Source: Vicugna vicugna (taxonomy: Eukaryota). Taken from it: 64,000 nucleotides of DNA. Positions 39,667-51,200 of this stretch are shown piece after piece. Position numbers and translations under genes: made by a program. Location: the NCBI GenBank assembly GCA_013265495.1, contig MU058198.1:5099779-5163778 (forward strand), given 5' to 3'. The notes under the pieces are model-generated. The model was given only the letters and a program-made list of their open reading frames with translations. It made no database searches and had not been told where the DNA came from. Every line of letters begins with the position of its first letter. Position 1 is the first letter of the stretch.

Positions 39667-40063
39667 TTTTTTTACTGAAGTGTAGTTGATTTACAATATT
39701 AGTTTCAGGTGTACAGCAAAGTGATTCAGTTATACACACACATATAGATTTTTCTTTTCAGATTCTTTCCCATTATATGTTATTACAAGAAACTGACTAT
39801 AGTTCCCTGTACTCTACAATAGGTCCTTGTTGTTTATCATTTCATATATAGTAATGTGTCTATTAATCCCCAACCCCTAATTTATCCCTCCCTGTCCTTT
39901 TCCCTTTGGTCACCATAATTTGTTTTCTATGTCCGTGACTTTGCTTTTGGTTTGTAAATAGAATTTGTATCACTTTTTTTTTAGATTCTACGTATAAGTG
40001 ATATATGATATTTGTCTTTCTCTGTCTGATTTACTTCACTTAGTATGATAATCTCAAGGTCTA
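39667..40063 (-). mobile_element. L1 3'-UTR fragment (second of the tandem pair)
   Basis: Closely matches 2955-3380 (caggtgtacagcaaagtgattcagttatacac...ttacttcacttagtatgataatctc). Confidence 0.88.
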
Positions 40064-40392
40064 ATTCTACTGTTTTTCAACAGAACTGGAGCGCTCTTAG
40101 GAAGCATGTGGATCGCTCCACCCCACTCCCCACACATCCTTAGTCTTCCATCAGACTGATTTATGGTGTATGTCTGTCTCTGAAAGTTTCAGAATTTAAC
40201 AGCACAATTAGAGAGTTTTGATGAAGCTACAGGATGAGTCTTCTAGTCCTATATGTCATAATATTTTTGTGACATTTATATTTAATAATATGAAAGGAAA
40301 TAATAATACCCAGAATCTTGACAGCACCTTCCAATTTTTTTTCCAGAGCATATTTTCATTTATCTCGTTTGTTGTTCACAGTATCCCTGTAA

Positions 40393-40580
40393 ATCATTGG
40401 TTCTTAAACTCAAGCATGCTTAAGAAGTACCTGAAAATTTACTAAGACACTCATATCTAGTCCACACCCCCTAGAGATTCTTTTTCAGTGGTTTTGAGGA
40501 GGAGCCTGAAATTCTGCATTTCTAACAAGCTTCCAAGGATGCTGATGCTGCTGATCTCTGGACAACGTACACTTTTAGGA
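40393..40580. mobile_element. MER5A-like hAT fossil
   Basis: ggttcttaaactc...tctgcatttctaacaagcttccaaggatgctgatgctgctg matches the MER5A core. Related copies lie at about 41632-41800 and 58039-58210. Confidence 0.75.
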
Positions 40581-43500
40581 ACAAGCAGGGGAAAGATTAT
40601 CTCACCTGTTTCACAGATGTGGAAACTGGTAATCATCCACAGAAAGTTTGTAAAAGATACTGAGCGCCTCCATCTGTACTGAAAACGATAGCAACTCCTT
40701 CCCCTACTGGCTGTGAGCAGACAGCTCTGGAAAGAGACATCCAAGCACATTCCTTAGTAAATCTTTAGTTAAATCTTTAGTAAGTTTATTTCTATCATTC
40801 TCTCTCTCCTTGTAGCCCTGAGCTAGCTGGGCAGAAAGAGGCAGAGGTGAGCTAATGGGTTGTAATGAATATTCCCACAAGCTCATTAAGGAAAGATGTA
40901 TCTAGCGAGAAAACAATTTTCTTCTCTACTCCCACTGCTAAGGTTAAGAACTCCCAAGGTCAAGTCTACGCCGTTCCCAAGCCACCCTCCTACGACTTTC
41001 CCTGGATGTTGATGAAGGATAATTTGTTGCAGATTCAAATGGGAGATTGGGAGGGTGGGGAGTGATGGCGGGAGGAAAGACAAGCTTACATTCCAATGGA
41101 TGGAAATAGCAAGTCAAACAATTTTTTTAAAATGTATTTGTCTCTTTAGAGGGAACCCGTATCTACCTCCATTTTGGGCAACTGAGTTCACAGACTGTTG
41201 TATTGTGGTTCCTGATAAAACCATTGAGAAAATTTTGATCCATAAATCGAGGAAGTAGTGAACTATAAAATTGCTAATTATTTTCTAGTAAATTTACTTT
41301 TAAATAACTTTAGACATCAATTACAGGCACCATTAGGCACCATTAAGCACTGGGTGTGTTTACCAAACAAGGGCAGCTCATTGCTGATTCTTGTCCCATC
41401 TCTGTGGCCTCGTCATTCATTTCAGCCTCCCCCCTCCCCCGTTCCCCTCCCCAAGCTCTCCTCACAGACCCAGCAGCGATATCAAGAGCTGAAATTAAAC
41501 TCCGTAAATTATGGCAGATCGTTTCCATTTCAAGTGTCATTGCTCAGTCAAGCCCCAGGTGTCTTAGATGAAGGTTAGTTTAGGGGAAGCTTTTAATTCT
41601 AATTGTCAGTTTGGGGTGCATTTCCTGACCCAGTGTTTCTCTACTATTGTTACACATTTGAATCACCTGGGGAACTTAAACTAAAAACAAAAACACCTTT
41701 ATAGCAAGGCTCCACTTCAGGTCAATTACATTGGAACCTTTAAAAACATTATTAAAATTTTATCCCAAGTGGTTCTAATGTGCAGTCAAGGATGGTGGCC
41801 ACAATGTTTATCTCCCCCAGCTGCAGGCTGAGAGCTTTTTGACCAGTGAGGTAGCAGCACGTTAACCTCTGCCTTCCTCTTGTCCTGTGTGCCTTTAGTC
41901 AGCTAGAGTTTAGGATTGATAACAGGCCAGAACCATGATGCACTGGCTCAGGTGGGACTGCGGGATCTTCGCAGGTGAGTCGCTACCTGCCCATCAGATA
42001 CAAGGCTTGGGGGCCTTTGTAACTACTTTTATGCAACAGCCCTTTCATGGTATAATTGAACGTGCTCTGGATTCAGGCAGACCTTTATTCTAGACCCAGC
42101 TGTCTTTGGCACTGGGGGCAAATCTCACGTTCCTTACCTCAAACTGGGACAAAGGGCTGATGCAGGGTTGCAAACATCAGCTCCAGAGCAGAGGTTCAGG
42201 GTCCAGACTCTGGTGTGATGCCCTCAGGTTCTTCGTCTGACTCTGCCACTTACTGGCTGTATCATTTGGCTTCACTGTGGCTCATTGCATCTTAGTTCCC
42301 TCATAAGATATCGGGAGGGTTAAAGGCGTGAAAATCTGGGAAGCTGCCTGGAGCACTGGAAAGGGCTCAATCCATGGGAGCGCTCCTATAAAACACAGAG
42401 ACCACTGTCTAATCCCCCAGCAGGTATGTTTCTCCTCATTGGTGGGTTTCCATAGAAAAGGAAATGATTGTCAATGCTTCTGACCTTTCAAAAAAGGGTG
42501 TAAGGAGAGATTCCATCTTTCTTGTTCTTCCCCAAGGCAACTAGAGTAGCTGATATGATACAATTGATGAGAACACGACATACGCTGGGCAACATTTGCC
42601 TGTAGGTTTAGTCACTGCTCACGTGTAGCTTTGACCTGGATCTCTTGGACCTGCCTATGCTTAGAGAGAAGGACTGGAGAAAGAGATGGCTCTGTTCCCC
42701 CAGCTTCTTTCCATTTAGTCATAGGTCAGCTCTGAGTCCTCTGTACAGAACAGTTTCACCCCAAAAGCATGGGGAATAGAATTGGAAACCTCTACTCCAG
42801 GGCCAGGTTCAAACCATGCTCTCCAGAGGGCTGCTGTCTGTGGGGGGAGGGGTCAAGGAGGAAGCTGGGGTTTAATTAAGCTGATGGTTGAGTTCTTACT
42901 TGGCTATCTGCAGTCAGATCCTGGAGCAAGGTTGAGGTGAGTGTACCAAAATCCATCATAGCAAGCTGGTTCCAGTTTACTTTCCACTCTGTTGGCTCAA
43001 TCTGCAGGGTAGAGATTCTGTAATAGATGCTTCTGGTTAGGACCAGTTGGCTCCCCTGCCCAACACACCAGTGTTTTGTCCATACATCAGAGCCCACGTG
43101 GACCGCCATGCAGAGGGCATTTGCCTACTATGGCATCATTTACAAATACCCAAATCATGTCATTTTCCCCAAACGGAGTACATGGAGTGGACGACGCGGG
43201 AAGAAGTGGATGGCTGCTCACCATGCATCTGGTCCCCAATGTTTATCACTTGGTGGCTGTCAAGCTCTGCCTTGAGTGCAGAATTGAATTCCCACACCGC
43301 TCGGCAATTAGGTCTTGGATGTCCCTTCTCAGACATGGTGCCTGGACCACCCACCATGATGTCTGAGGACAACATGTCCTCTGTTTTGTCCCTTCACCCA
43401 GACTCTTGCTTCTCTCCATATTGGTCCCCACCGCAGAATCCCTGCCACTTACTTCTTAAACATAACCTTTTTCAGAAAGAGCCTGGAAATTTGGTGGGAA

Positions 43501-44324
43501 ACGCCTGAGTTGGGCTGGATTGGCGCTTTGGTGTAGAGAAGATTTCAGGCCTTAACAATACAGTGAGATCGTGTGAATCACCAGATGTAACTAGGATGGT
43601 GTATTGGTTCTGAGCGCAGGGGTGGGAGCAAGAGTTTTGAGCCAGCCAGGGGGACGTCTTAGTGAATTGTCCCCAGAAGGGTCTGTATCTCAGGGCAAGC
43701 AGCTCTGAAAGGAGAGGCCTTAAAGACTAACTGATTTTTTTTTACTGTAACCTTTTCTCCCGTTAACAATTGTAAAATCAATCAAATAACAGAATGGTGA
43801 GTTTGGAAAACAAAAGAAGATAACTTCCTTAAATACGAACTTCCTTAAATACCAACGTCTAACACAATCTACATTTTACTTTTGTGTCTTTTCTTCCCCT
43901 TCTGTCCTCAGCACATACGAAAGCTATTTTTACACATTCACCATCATAGCTTTACTCAATAAATAATTGTGCTCCTATTATGTGTTGTGGCCTTCTTCCA
44001 GGGGTTCAAAGCCAAGGAAAACTCAGTCTCTGTCCTCGACTAGCTCACAAAGTAATGAGGGAAACAGACATACACAGATCATTGCAACACAAAGAGGTAA
44101 CGGCGCTGATCGAAGTTAACTCCCATGTCTGAATACAGGTAATGACTATAATGGTCTGATTCTCCCTGATGCCTCGAAATCTGTCAGACAGGCCTGGCGA
44201 TGTTAGGATCACATGGCAACCCGGCGTAATGCAAAGGCCTCAAACTGGGTCGATTTGTCACAATTCTATAATCAGAAGCTTCTTGGGGGGAGACATGGTG
44301 CTTTGACAAAATAGAATTCATTGC

Positions 44325-44502
44325 TAATATTAAAAAAAAATCCCGAGACTTCATGCAAAAAGCCAGATTTCTGGCTTCTTTTGAAAAGCAGTAGATCAGG
44401 CAACATCAGGCTTGCCTTCTACTTTGGGGACACTTATAACGATAGTGAGTAGGTGCTGCTCTGGTCCGATGAGGAAGGCACACCTGTTTGCCACAGTCCC
44501 AG
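44325..44502. mobile_element. MER102-like hAT fossil interrupted by an LTR
   Basis: aaaaagccagatttctggcttcttttgaaaa...gatcaggcaaca...tttgccacagtccc, continuing as ccacc after 45122. Confidence 0.55.
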
Positions 44503-45122
44503 TGGGGGGTGGGGGGGTGCAGGACACAGCCATTGAAAGAATGAATGACACAGCAATTAGCACCAAGATGGTGCAAGATTCAACTCCCAGCAGAACTTGA
44601 GATTCAATATGGGCTCATTGAAATACAATAGCTGCTTAATGGCACTCCCACAGGCACTATGACAGTTCCCAGGCTGAGCACAAAAGGTCAAGAAGTGGGT
44701 GGTGGCCCAGCTCCTGGGAATCCTGGCCCCTTCCCCAGAGTAGTTGGAATAATTCTCCCACTTGTTAGCATGTGAGGTTACGGAGCCCATAAAAACTAAC
44801 AGCCCCCACACTTCCTGGCCGATCTCTCTTTTCCTAGCAGACCCCATGCTCTGAAGCCGCCGCTCTCCCTTCTGAGTAAGATGGCCTGCAGTCTGTCTAT
44901 GGAATGTGCATCTCCCAGGACCCTAAGCCTTTTTCTTGTCTTTTGAGACGATGTTCACTCCATCTATGGGGTGTGTATCTCTATGAATAAATCTATCTTC
45001 CCTCAATTGTGGCTCGCTCTTGAATCCTTTCCTGCGCAAAGCCAAGGACAGGGCACGTCCCAGGGAATCAGCTGAGACCTGGGATGGGGCAATCCCCTTG
45101 TGCCCCATTTTTTCCCGTACCA
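44503..45122 (+). mobile_element. Solo ERV1-class LTR, family A copy 3 (more diverged)
   Basis: Reverse complement of 7815-8465 and 14920-15460. AATAAA at 44986-44991, ends in CA, 4-bp flanks CCAG/CCAC. Confidence 0.83.
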
Positions 45123-45530
45123 CCACCTGAGCCGTACTGGGGTGCCATCATCAGCCTGGCCCATGGGGGCAGTTGAGTCTTTGACTATGGGCTTTCCTGT
45201 ATTTCTTGTATTAGGAAGCCAAGTCCTTCCAGTCGTCTCCATGACTCAGTCATCACCTCCTCCTGCTGCCTTACTCTTACTCGTGCTCACCTCCTTGATA
45301 CGCTGCAAGTGTGCTCTGCCGCCATGTGCATGCTCTGTCTTCCCTCTGCCTGCGATGCTCTTCTCCTGGGGAGCCACAGCCTCCTTCCTCTTCCTTCGTT
45401 AAGTCTTCGCTCAAAGACCATCTTCTTATTCATTTAAAATTGCCACCATTTTCCATACTGTCATGTTATCTCTTAACGTTTACTACCTATTATGGTGCAT
45501 AGTAGGTGCTCAATCTATTTTTTTCCTGGT

Positions 45531-45980
45531 ATTTTTTATCGTGGTAAATACACATAAAAGTTACCAACCTAATTGAGCCATTTGAAAGAGTGCAGTTCGG
45601 TGGTATTAAGTGCATTCATAATGTCATGCAACCATCACCACTGTCTGTCTCCATAGCTCTTTTCATCTTATAAAACGGAAACTTTGGGCCTGTTAAGCGG
45701 TAACTCCCCATTGCCCACCTCCCCTAGCGCCTGGCAACCACCATTCCACTTTCTGTCTCTAGGAGTCTGACTACTCTTAAGTGCCTCATACAAGTGGAAC
45801 CGTACAGGATCTGGCTTATTTCACTTAGCATAAAGTCATCAGGATTCATCCATGTTGCAGCATATCTCAAAATGTCCTTTCTTTTTAAGGCTGGATCATA
45901 TTCTATTATATGTATCAACCCCATTTTGCTCACCTATTCATCTATCAATGGACCCTTGGGTTCCTTCTGTGTTTTAGCTT
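45531..45980 (-). mobile_element. Old L1 (L1MB-like) 3' end
   Basis: gtggtattaagtgcattcataatgtcatgcaaccatcaccac...cctggcaaccaccattccactttctgtctct. ORF 45724-45933 contains YAATWMN. Confidence 0.82.
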
Positions 45981-46050
45981 AATTTATTTATGTTGAATAC
46001 ATGAGTGACCGTTGATTGGACATTTGACTTAGGAGAACTGGTTTCTGATT

Positions 46051-46152
46051 TGGGTGGGAATAGCTCAGTGGTAGAGGGCGTGCTTAGCATGCACGAGGTC
46101 CTGGGTTCAATCCCCAGTACCTCCATTTAAAAAAAAAAAAAGAAGAAGAAAA
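46051..46152 (+). mobile_element. tRNA-Ala-derived SINE
   Basis: tagctcagtggtagag...gcttagcatgcacgaggtcctgggttcaatccccagtacctcca followed by a poly-A tail. Confidence 0.9.
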
Positions 46153-47447
46153 TGAACTCATTTCTGATCCCAGCTCCGTCTTGGGAGCTAATTGACCTTA
46201 GCACATCACCAAAGCACTCTCAGTTTCCTTATTGGTAAAATTGGTTGGAGGTTTAAGAATCAAATACAGAAAAAAACTCACACACTCTGGAAAGTTAGTC
46301 TGGCTTGGGTTTGTCCCTTAGTGACTGGGTGACCTTGGCAAGTTACTGAACATTTCTATGACCTCAGTCATCCATAATGTCTGGGCCAATGGACTGCCTT
46401 CTCATAGCCTAGTTAGGAGCAAGAAAGAACATGGGGTATGAAAGGTCCATTGTAGGCCCTAATAGCCAGTAGCTGTTTCTCCTCTTCTCCTCAATATGGA
46501 AGGTTCCTCAGGGAAATGGAGCAGATCCCTGGAGCTGCAGGGCTGACCTTTCAAGACCCAGAAGCTTTGACCAGTGAGAATTGGAAGGAGGATTCTAGGT
46601 GGGACAGAGGGTGAGGACCTGTGTCCTTAGGATGAAAAGAGACTTAATGTGATCTGCCAGCTCCAAGAATGGAGATGACCAGAGCAGCAGTACAGTGATG
46701 CGTCAGGGGGCGGGGGAGGCAGCCGAGGCTGGTCTATTTGGATGAGCCCGTTCCGGTGAGCTGACAAACCCTGGGCTTCTGCAGGTGCATCTGGGCCTCT
46801 TTAGGGACCGCAAGACTACATATCTCTACCTGGAAGATAATGATGATGTTTCCTTTCCAGGGCTGCTAATGTGTGTGAAAACATCCCCTCTCCAGTTTCC
46901 TGGCTTTGGCTGAGGTCCCTAGAAGTTGATGGTAAAATCACCAGTGTGATAGCCCCTTTATCTTGCACTTAGAGTTTTCAAAACAATCATCATGATGAGA
47001 GGAGCCATTACTGCTTAGCGCATTTGCAGGTCTGAGTACTTTGCTGGGGGCTCTGCGCGGGGAAAGGTGAGTGGCGGGGGAGGGATCTCGTGCAGCCACA
47101 AGCCTACGAGCATGCTCCTCTTAGTATCTCAGTTTTGACTGGCCGATTCTGCAAAATGGGTTCTGGTTGGGAGCTGTGAATGGCTAGAAAAGAGGCTGGT
47201 GAGGTGGCCCTGGGCTCCATTGTGAAGGAATTCATATCCTGCAGGCTCTCCCTTCCTTTCCCACCTGGGAGGATGGCTGGGTGTCTGCTCACCTGGCCTC
47301 ACTTCTTCTGCCTTTAAAAGGGAGACCATCTGGTCGACCTCCCAGCGCTTTAAAGATTGGAAGCCCCTGGTATGGGGTTTAGCCCAAAGTACATGAGCCA
47401 GAGAAGCCCATGCCTGTCTCTCCTTCCTTATCTTTCTTAAGGTCTCT

Positions 47448-47864
47448 TGTTACGGGCTGTGTTCCCCTCCAAATTCTTATGTAGGAGTCCTAACCCTCTG
47501 GACCTCAGAATGTGACTGCATTTAGAGAGGAGGGTCTTTAAAGAGGTGATTAAGATACATGAGGTCTTTTCTCGGTGTACATCAGAGAACTGCATAGTAG
47601 GACCCTGTTCACTGGTAAGGTCAGTCCATTGTTTTGGGAAATTTAATGGTAGAGTCATGTTAATAACAATCATAAATTTTGCGTATATATATGGAAATGA
47701 CATTAGAAACTTTATAAAAGAAAAATGAAAAGATAAATGAGGTCATATGGGCGGGTCCTAATCCAATATGGCTGGTGGTCTTATAAGAAGATGAGATTAG
47801 GACACAGATACGCAGAGAAGGGACGGTCTCTGGTGTCTTGTCGTGGCAGCCCCAGCAGGCCAAC
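47448..47864 (+). mobile_element. MaLR LTR (MLT1B-like), interrupted by a 163-bp insertion
   Basis: tgttacgggctg...ccaaattcttatgtag...cctcagaatgtgactgcattt...gtctttaaagaggtgattaag, resuming as atgaggtcatatgggcgggtcctaatccaatatggctggt. Confidence 0.82.
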
Positions 47865-47869
47865 AGTCT

Positions 47870-48140
47870 GTCCTAACAAGGAAATTGGAGATGGGGTGGC
47901 TTCAACAAGGAGGTTTGGTTTCCTCGGGGGCCTCTCTGCACTGGCCACCCTTTTGCTGCCTCTTCACATGGTGGTTTCTCGGTGTGCCTGCCTCCCTCGA
48001 GTCTTCTCTTCCTATAAGGACACCATTCACATTGGATGCTGTGAACTTAATCACCTCTTTGAAGGCCCTACCTCCCATACAATCACATTCTGAGGATTAC
48101 AGGAATACGGACTTCAACATGAGTTAGAGGGAAGCACAAG
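47870..48140 (-). mobile_element. Second MLT1-type LTR fragment in opposite orientation
   Basis: cttcctataaggacacca...cttaatcacctctttgaaggcccta...tcacattctgagg is the reverse complement of the MLT1B 5' part. Confidence 0.7.
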
Positions 48141-48497
48141 GGTGCCAGCCAGCCAGAAGTCAATCTCTGGAACCTAATCACAGAAGAGACAGTCCATCAT
48201 TTCGCCCTATTCCGTTTGTTAACAGAAGCAAGTCCTCAAGTGCAGCCACGACTAGTGGGTTAACACAAGGGGCTAGACCCCAGAAGACAGAGTAATTGAA
48301 AGCCGTGTTGGAAGCTGCTTGCCACAGGTTGATACACACATCTCTGTCTTTAGCTGGAGACGTCTTCCTCCCAATACCTGTCGGAGTACCTCTCTGATGG
48401 CTTATTTGGAATACGTTTGCTAGGAGGAGAATCACTGGGTTGGATTACACGTATGTTTATTGCTAAGTCAGTGTTGTGCGTGTCTCATTAGGCTTTT

Positions 48498-49112
48498 TTT
48501 TTAACATTTTTTATTGATTTATGATCATTTTACAATGTTGTGTCAAATTCCAGTGTTCAGCACAATTTTTCAGTCATTCATGGACATAAACACACTCATT
48601 GTCACATTTTTTTCTCTGTGAGTTATCATAACATTTTGTGTATATTTCCCTGTGCTATACAGTGTAATCTTGTTTATCTATTCTACAATTTTAAAATCCC
48701 AGTCTATCCCTTCCCACCCTCCACCCCCCTGACAACCACAAGTCTGTATTCTCTGTCTGTGAGTCTATTTCTGTCCTGTATTTATGCTTTGTTTTTGTTT
48801 GTTTGTTTTTGTTTTTGTTTTTGTTTTTTAGATTCCACATATGAGCGATCTCATATGGTATTTTTCTTTCTCTTTCTGGCTTACTTCACTTAGAATGACA
48901 TTCTCTAGGAGCATCCATGTTGCTGCAAATGGCGTTATGTTGTCGGTTTTTATGGCTGAGTAGTATTCCATTGTATAAATATACCACATCTTCTTTATCC
49001 AGTCACCTGTTGATGGACATTTAGGCTGTTTCCATGTTTTGGCTATTGTAAATAGTGCTGCTATGAACATTGGGGTGCAGGTGCCATCCTGAAGTAGATT
49101 TCCAGAAGGAAA
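48498..49112 (-). mobile_element. 5'-truncated lineage-specific L1 with 13-bp TSD
   Basis: ORF 48828-49070 MFIAALFTIAKTWKQPKCPSTGDWIKKMWYIYTMEYYSAIK is the L1 ORF2p C-terminus. TSD TCATTAGGCTTTT (48485-48497) and TCATCAGGCTTTT (49113-49125). Confidence 0.94.
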
Positions 49113-49229
49113 TCATCAGGCTTTTGATACACAGATGCATAACGTCTTCAACAACAAAAAACATAACAGCATTGTAGCCCCTTGCCCGCTTCGGTTATTG
49201 TGTGAACACGGCCTTTACCCCACACACTC

Positions 49230-50490
49230 ATCCGCAATGGTTCTTTTCTTCACTTCCAAGGTAATGGGTGAAACATAGCTCACAATCGTTTTTTTTACTT
49301 TATATTTTAACTGCTAGGGATCCAACACATTTCCTATGTTTATTGAGTATTTGGAGTTTTTTTTTTTTTTCCTGGAAACAGCTAGTTCACACTCTTTGCC
49401 CATTTTCCTCTCAAGGCATACATCTTTTTTTTTTATTGATTTATAAAAGCTCTGGATATTTAAAATATTCAATTTCTGTTATATAAGTAGCCATAGAATA
49501 AACATTACCATTTAAAAACTTAAATATCTTATTTCTGTTACACAGCTAACAAAAACTTTTTTTTAACAGTTTGTAATTGGCCTTTCAGTGTTGTTTATCA
49601 TGTTTTTGATAGAAATATTTTATTTAAAAATATTTAAGGTAATCAAATTTATCAATATATTCATTCATTTTTTTTTTCCTTTTGAGTTATGCTAAAAAAG
49701 TCTCCCCATCTATATCAAGTTTGGTTGCCTGGAGTGTCTTTCATGGTTTTCAGTTTCCCTTCCTTCCTTCTTTTCTTCCATTTCTTATAACACTACGATG
49801 CTTTAACCCACTTACTCATTTTGTTTTATATATTCCGGTAACCATTCAATGACTCCTTTCCACTTCTCTTTTTTCTTCTTTTTCTTCTTCTTATTCCTAT
49901 AATCATCTTTATAAATGAGTAGTGGGTTGACCATATATAGAATGATTCTTCCTTCTCCTGCTGAAATACCATATTTATCATACTGTGCATTTTTATATAT
50001 GTTGATCTTTTTCTGGGCTATCTCTGCTTTTTCTTTGATCAAACTATCCGTTTAATGAGTTCTCATTAGTGTTTTGAACAAATATATTGATTTTATTAAT
50101 ATCACATTTTATATACATAGTATTTATTAGCATATCATTACATTATCGTATTAGTAAACTAATTTATTAGTTTATACTAACATACATTTTTCTCTCTGCT
50201 TATTAAATTTTTTTTCCCTCTGCTCCAGGAGGTTTATTTTTAAAATTTAAGAATCTCTTTGTTAAGAAGTAAAATTTATTAGGAGTTTGATTAAAATTGC
50301 TTACACTCATAAGGTAGAAGAGTTAATGTTTTTAAAATATTATTCTTCCAAACGAAAACATAGTAAGTCTCTGTTTTTTTCAGTCTACTTTTATGAACAC
50401 TCAGTAAATACTTGTAGCAATTTTTTATTGATCTTGAACGTTTTGTGTCCTTCTTGCAACAGTTATAACCACTATTTATATTCCAGAGCA
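49230..50490 (-). mobile_element. Ancient, heavily degraded L1M ORF2 remnant
   Basis: Very T-rich + strand with L1-like motifs (catttcctatgtttattg, ctttgcccattttc, ttattgatttataaaagctct). Confidence 0.55.
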
Positions 50491-51071
50491 TTGTAATATT
50501 GGGGAAATGACTTCACCTCTCTAACACTTCCTCTGCTCATCTCTAAACTGGACCTGCTCACCCTGCCTCTCATGGGTGCTGTGAGGGTTAAATGAGGTGG
50601 CAAATTTAAAGCTCCCAGAGCAGTGCACAGCACACCAGGTGTTCAACTTGCGGTGGGAAGAGTTGGTGTTAAATTAAAAGACATTGTAGAACAGCCTCAG
50701 ATGATCATGTCCATACTAGACCACGAGAAAAATTCCTCTTCCATATGACAACTATCTATGCACCTGGTACAATTAGCCCATAAATCTTTTGAAGTGAGGC
50801 AACAGGTTAGCAGACATAATCCAAGTTGCAATGTTGTGGCTTTAACTCTTTTGTTGCTCTATCTGACTTCACACTCTCTATCAGGTTCCATCCAACTACA
50901 TCAAATGAAAGCTATCAGATTTCCAACTCAAGCAGAAGTGGCTATCATGTTCTGCCCTTAAGTAGATTTGGATTAAGAATGATTCATGGCTATATAAACC
51001 CGGTGGTAAACAAATGGTGTTGGCCTCTCCTCTATCTTAATCCTTGTCATTCTACCTCTGAGATGCTATGT

Positions 51072-51200
51072 GATGGTTCTATGTGATAGTTTCATAGGAA
51101 AATTCTCTTTGATGGCTCTACACGATGGTTCTACGGGTTGACTCTAGAGGGTGATTCTCTAGGATGGTTCTACATGGTGATTCAAAATGGTGGACTCTGA
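51072..51200. repeat. Degenerate 13-bp tandem repeat, about 10 units, consensus near GATGGTTCTANNN
   Basis: Units start at 51072, 51085, 51098, 51111, 51124, 51137, 51150, 51163, 51176 and 51189. Confidence 0.75.

Noticed and set aside
43027..43508. Overlapping ORFs of up to 153 aa in apparently unique sequence
   Set aside because: No recognisable domain and no convincing splice or promoter context. ORFs of this length are expected by chance in 64 kb.
51072..51200. CRISPR-like array
   Set aside because: The 13-bp units with 3-nt variable ends are far too short, the context is eukaryotic and there are no cas genes.
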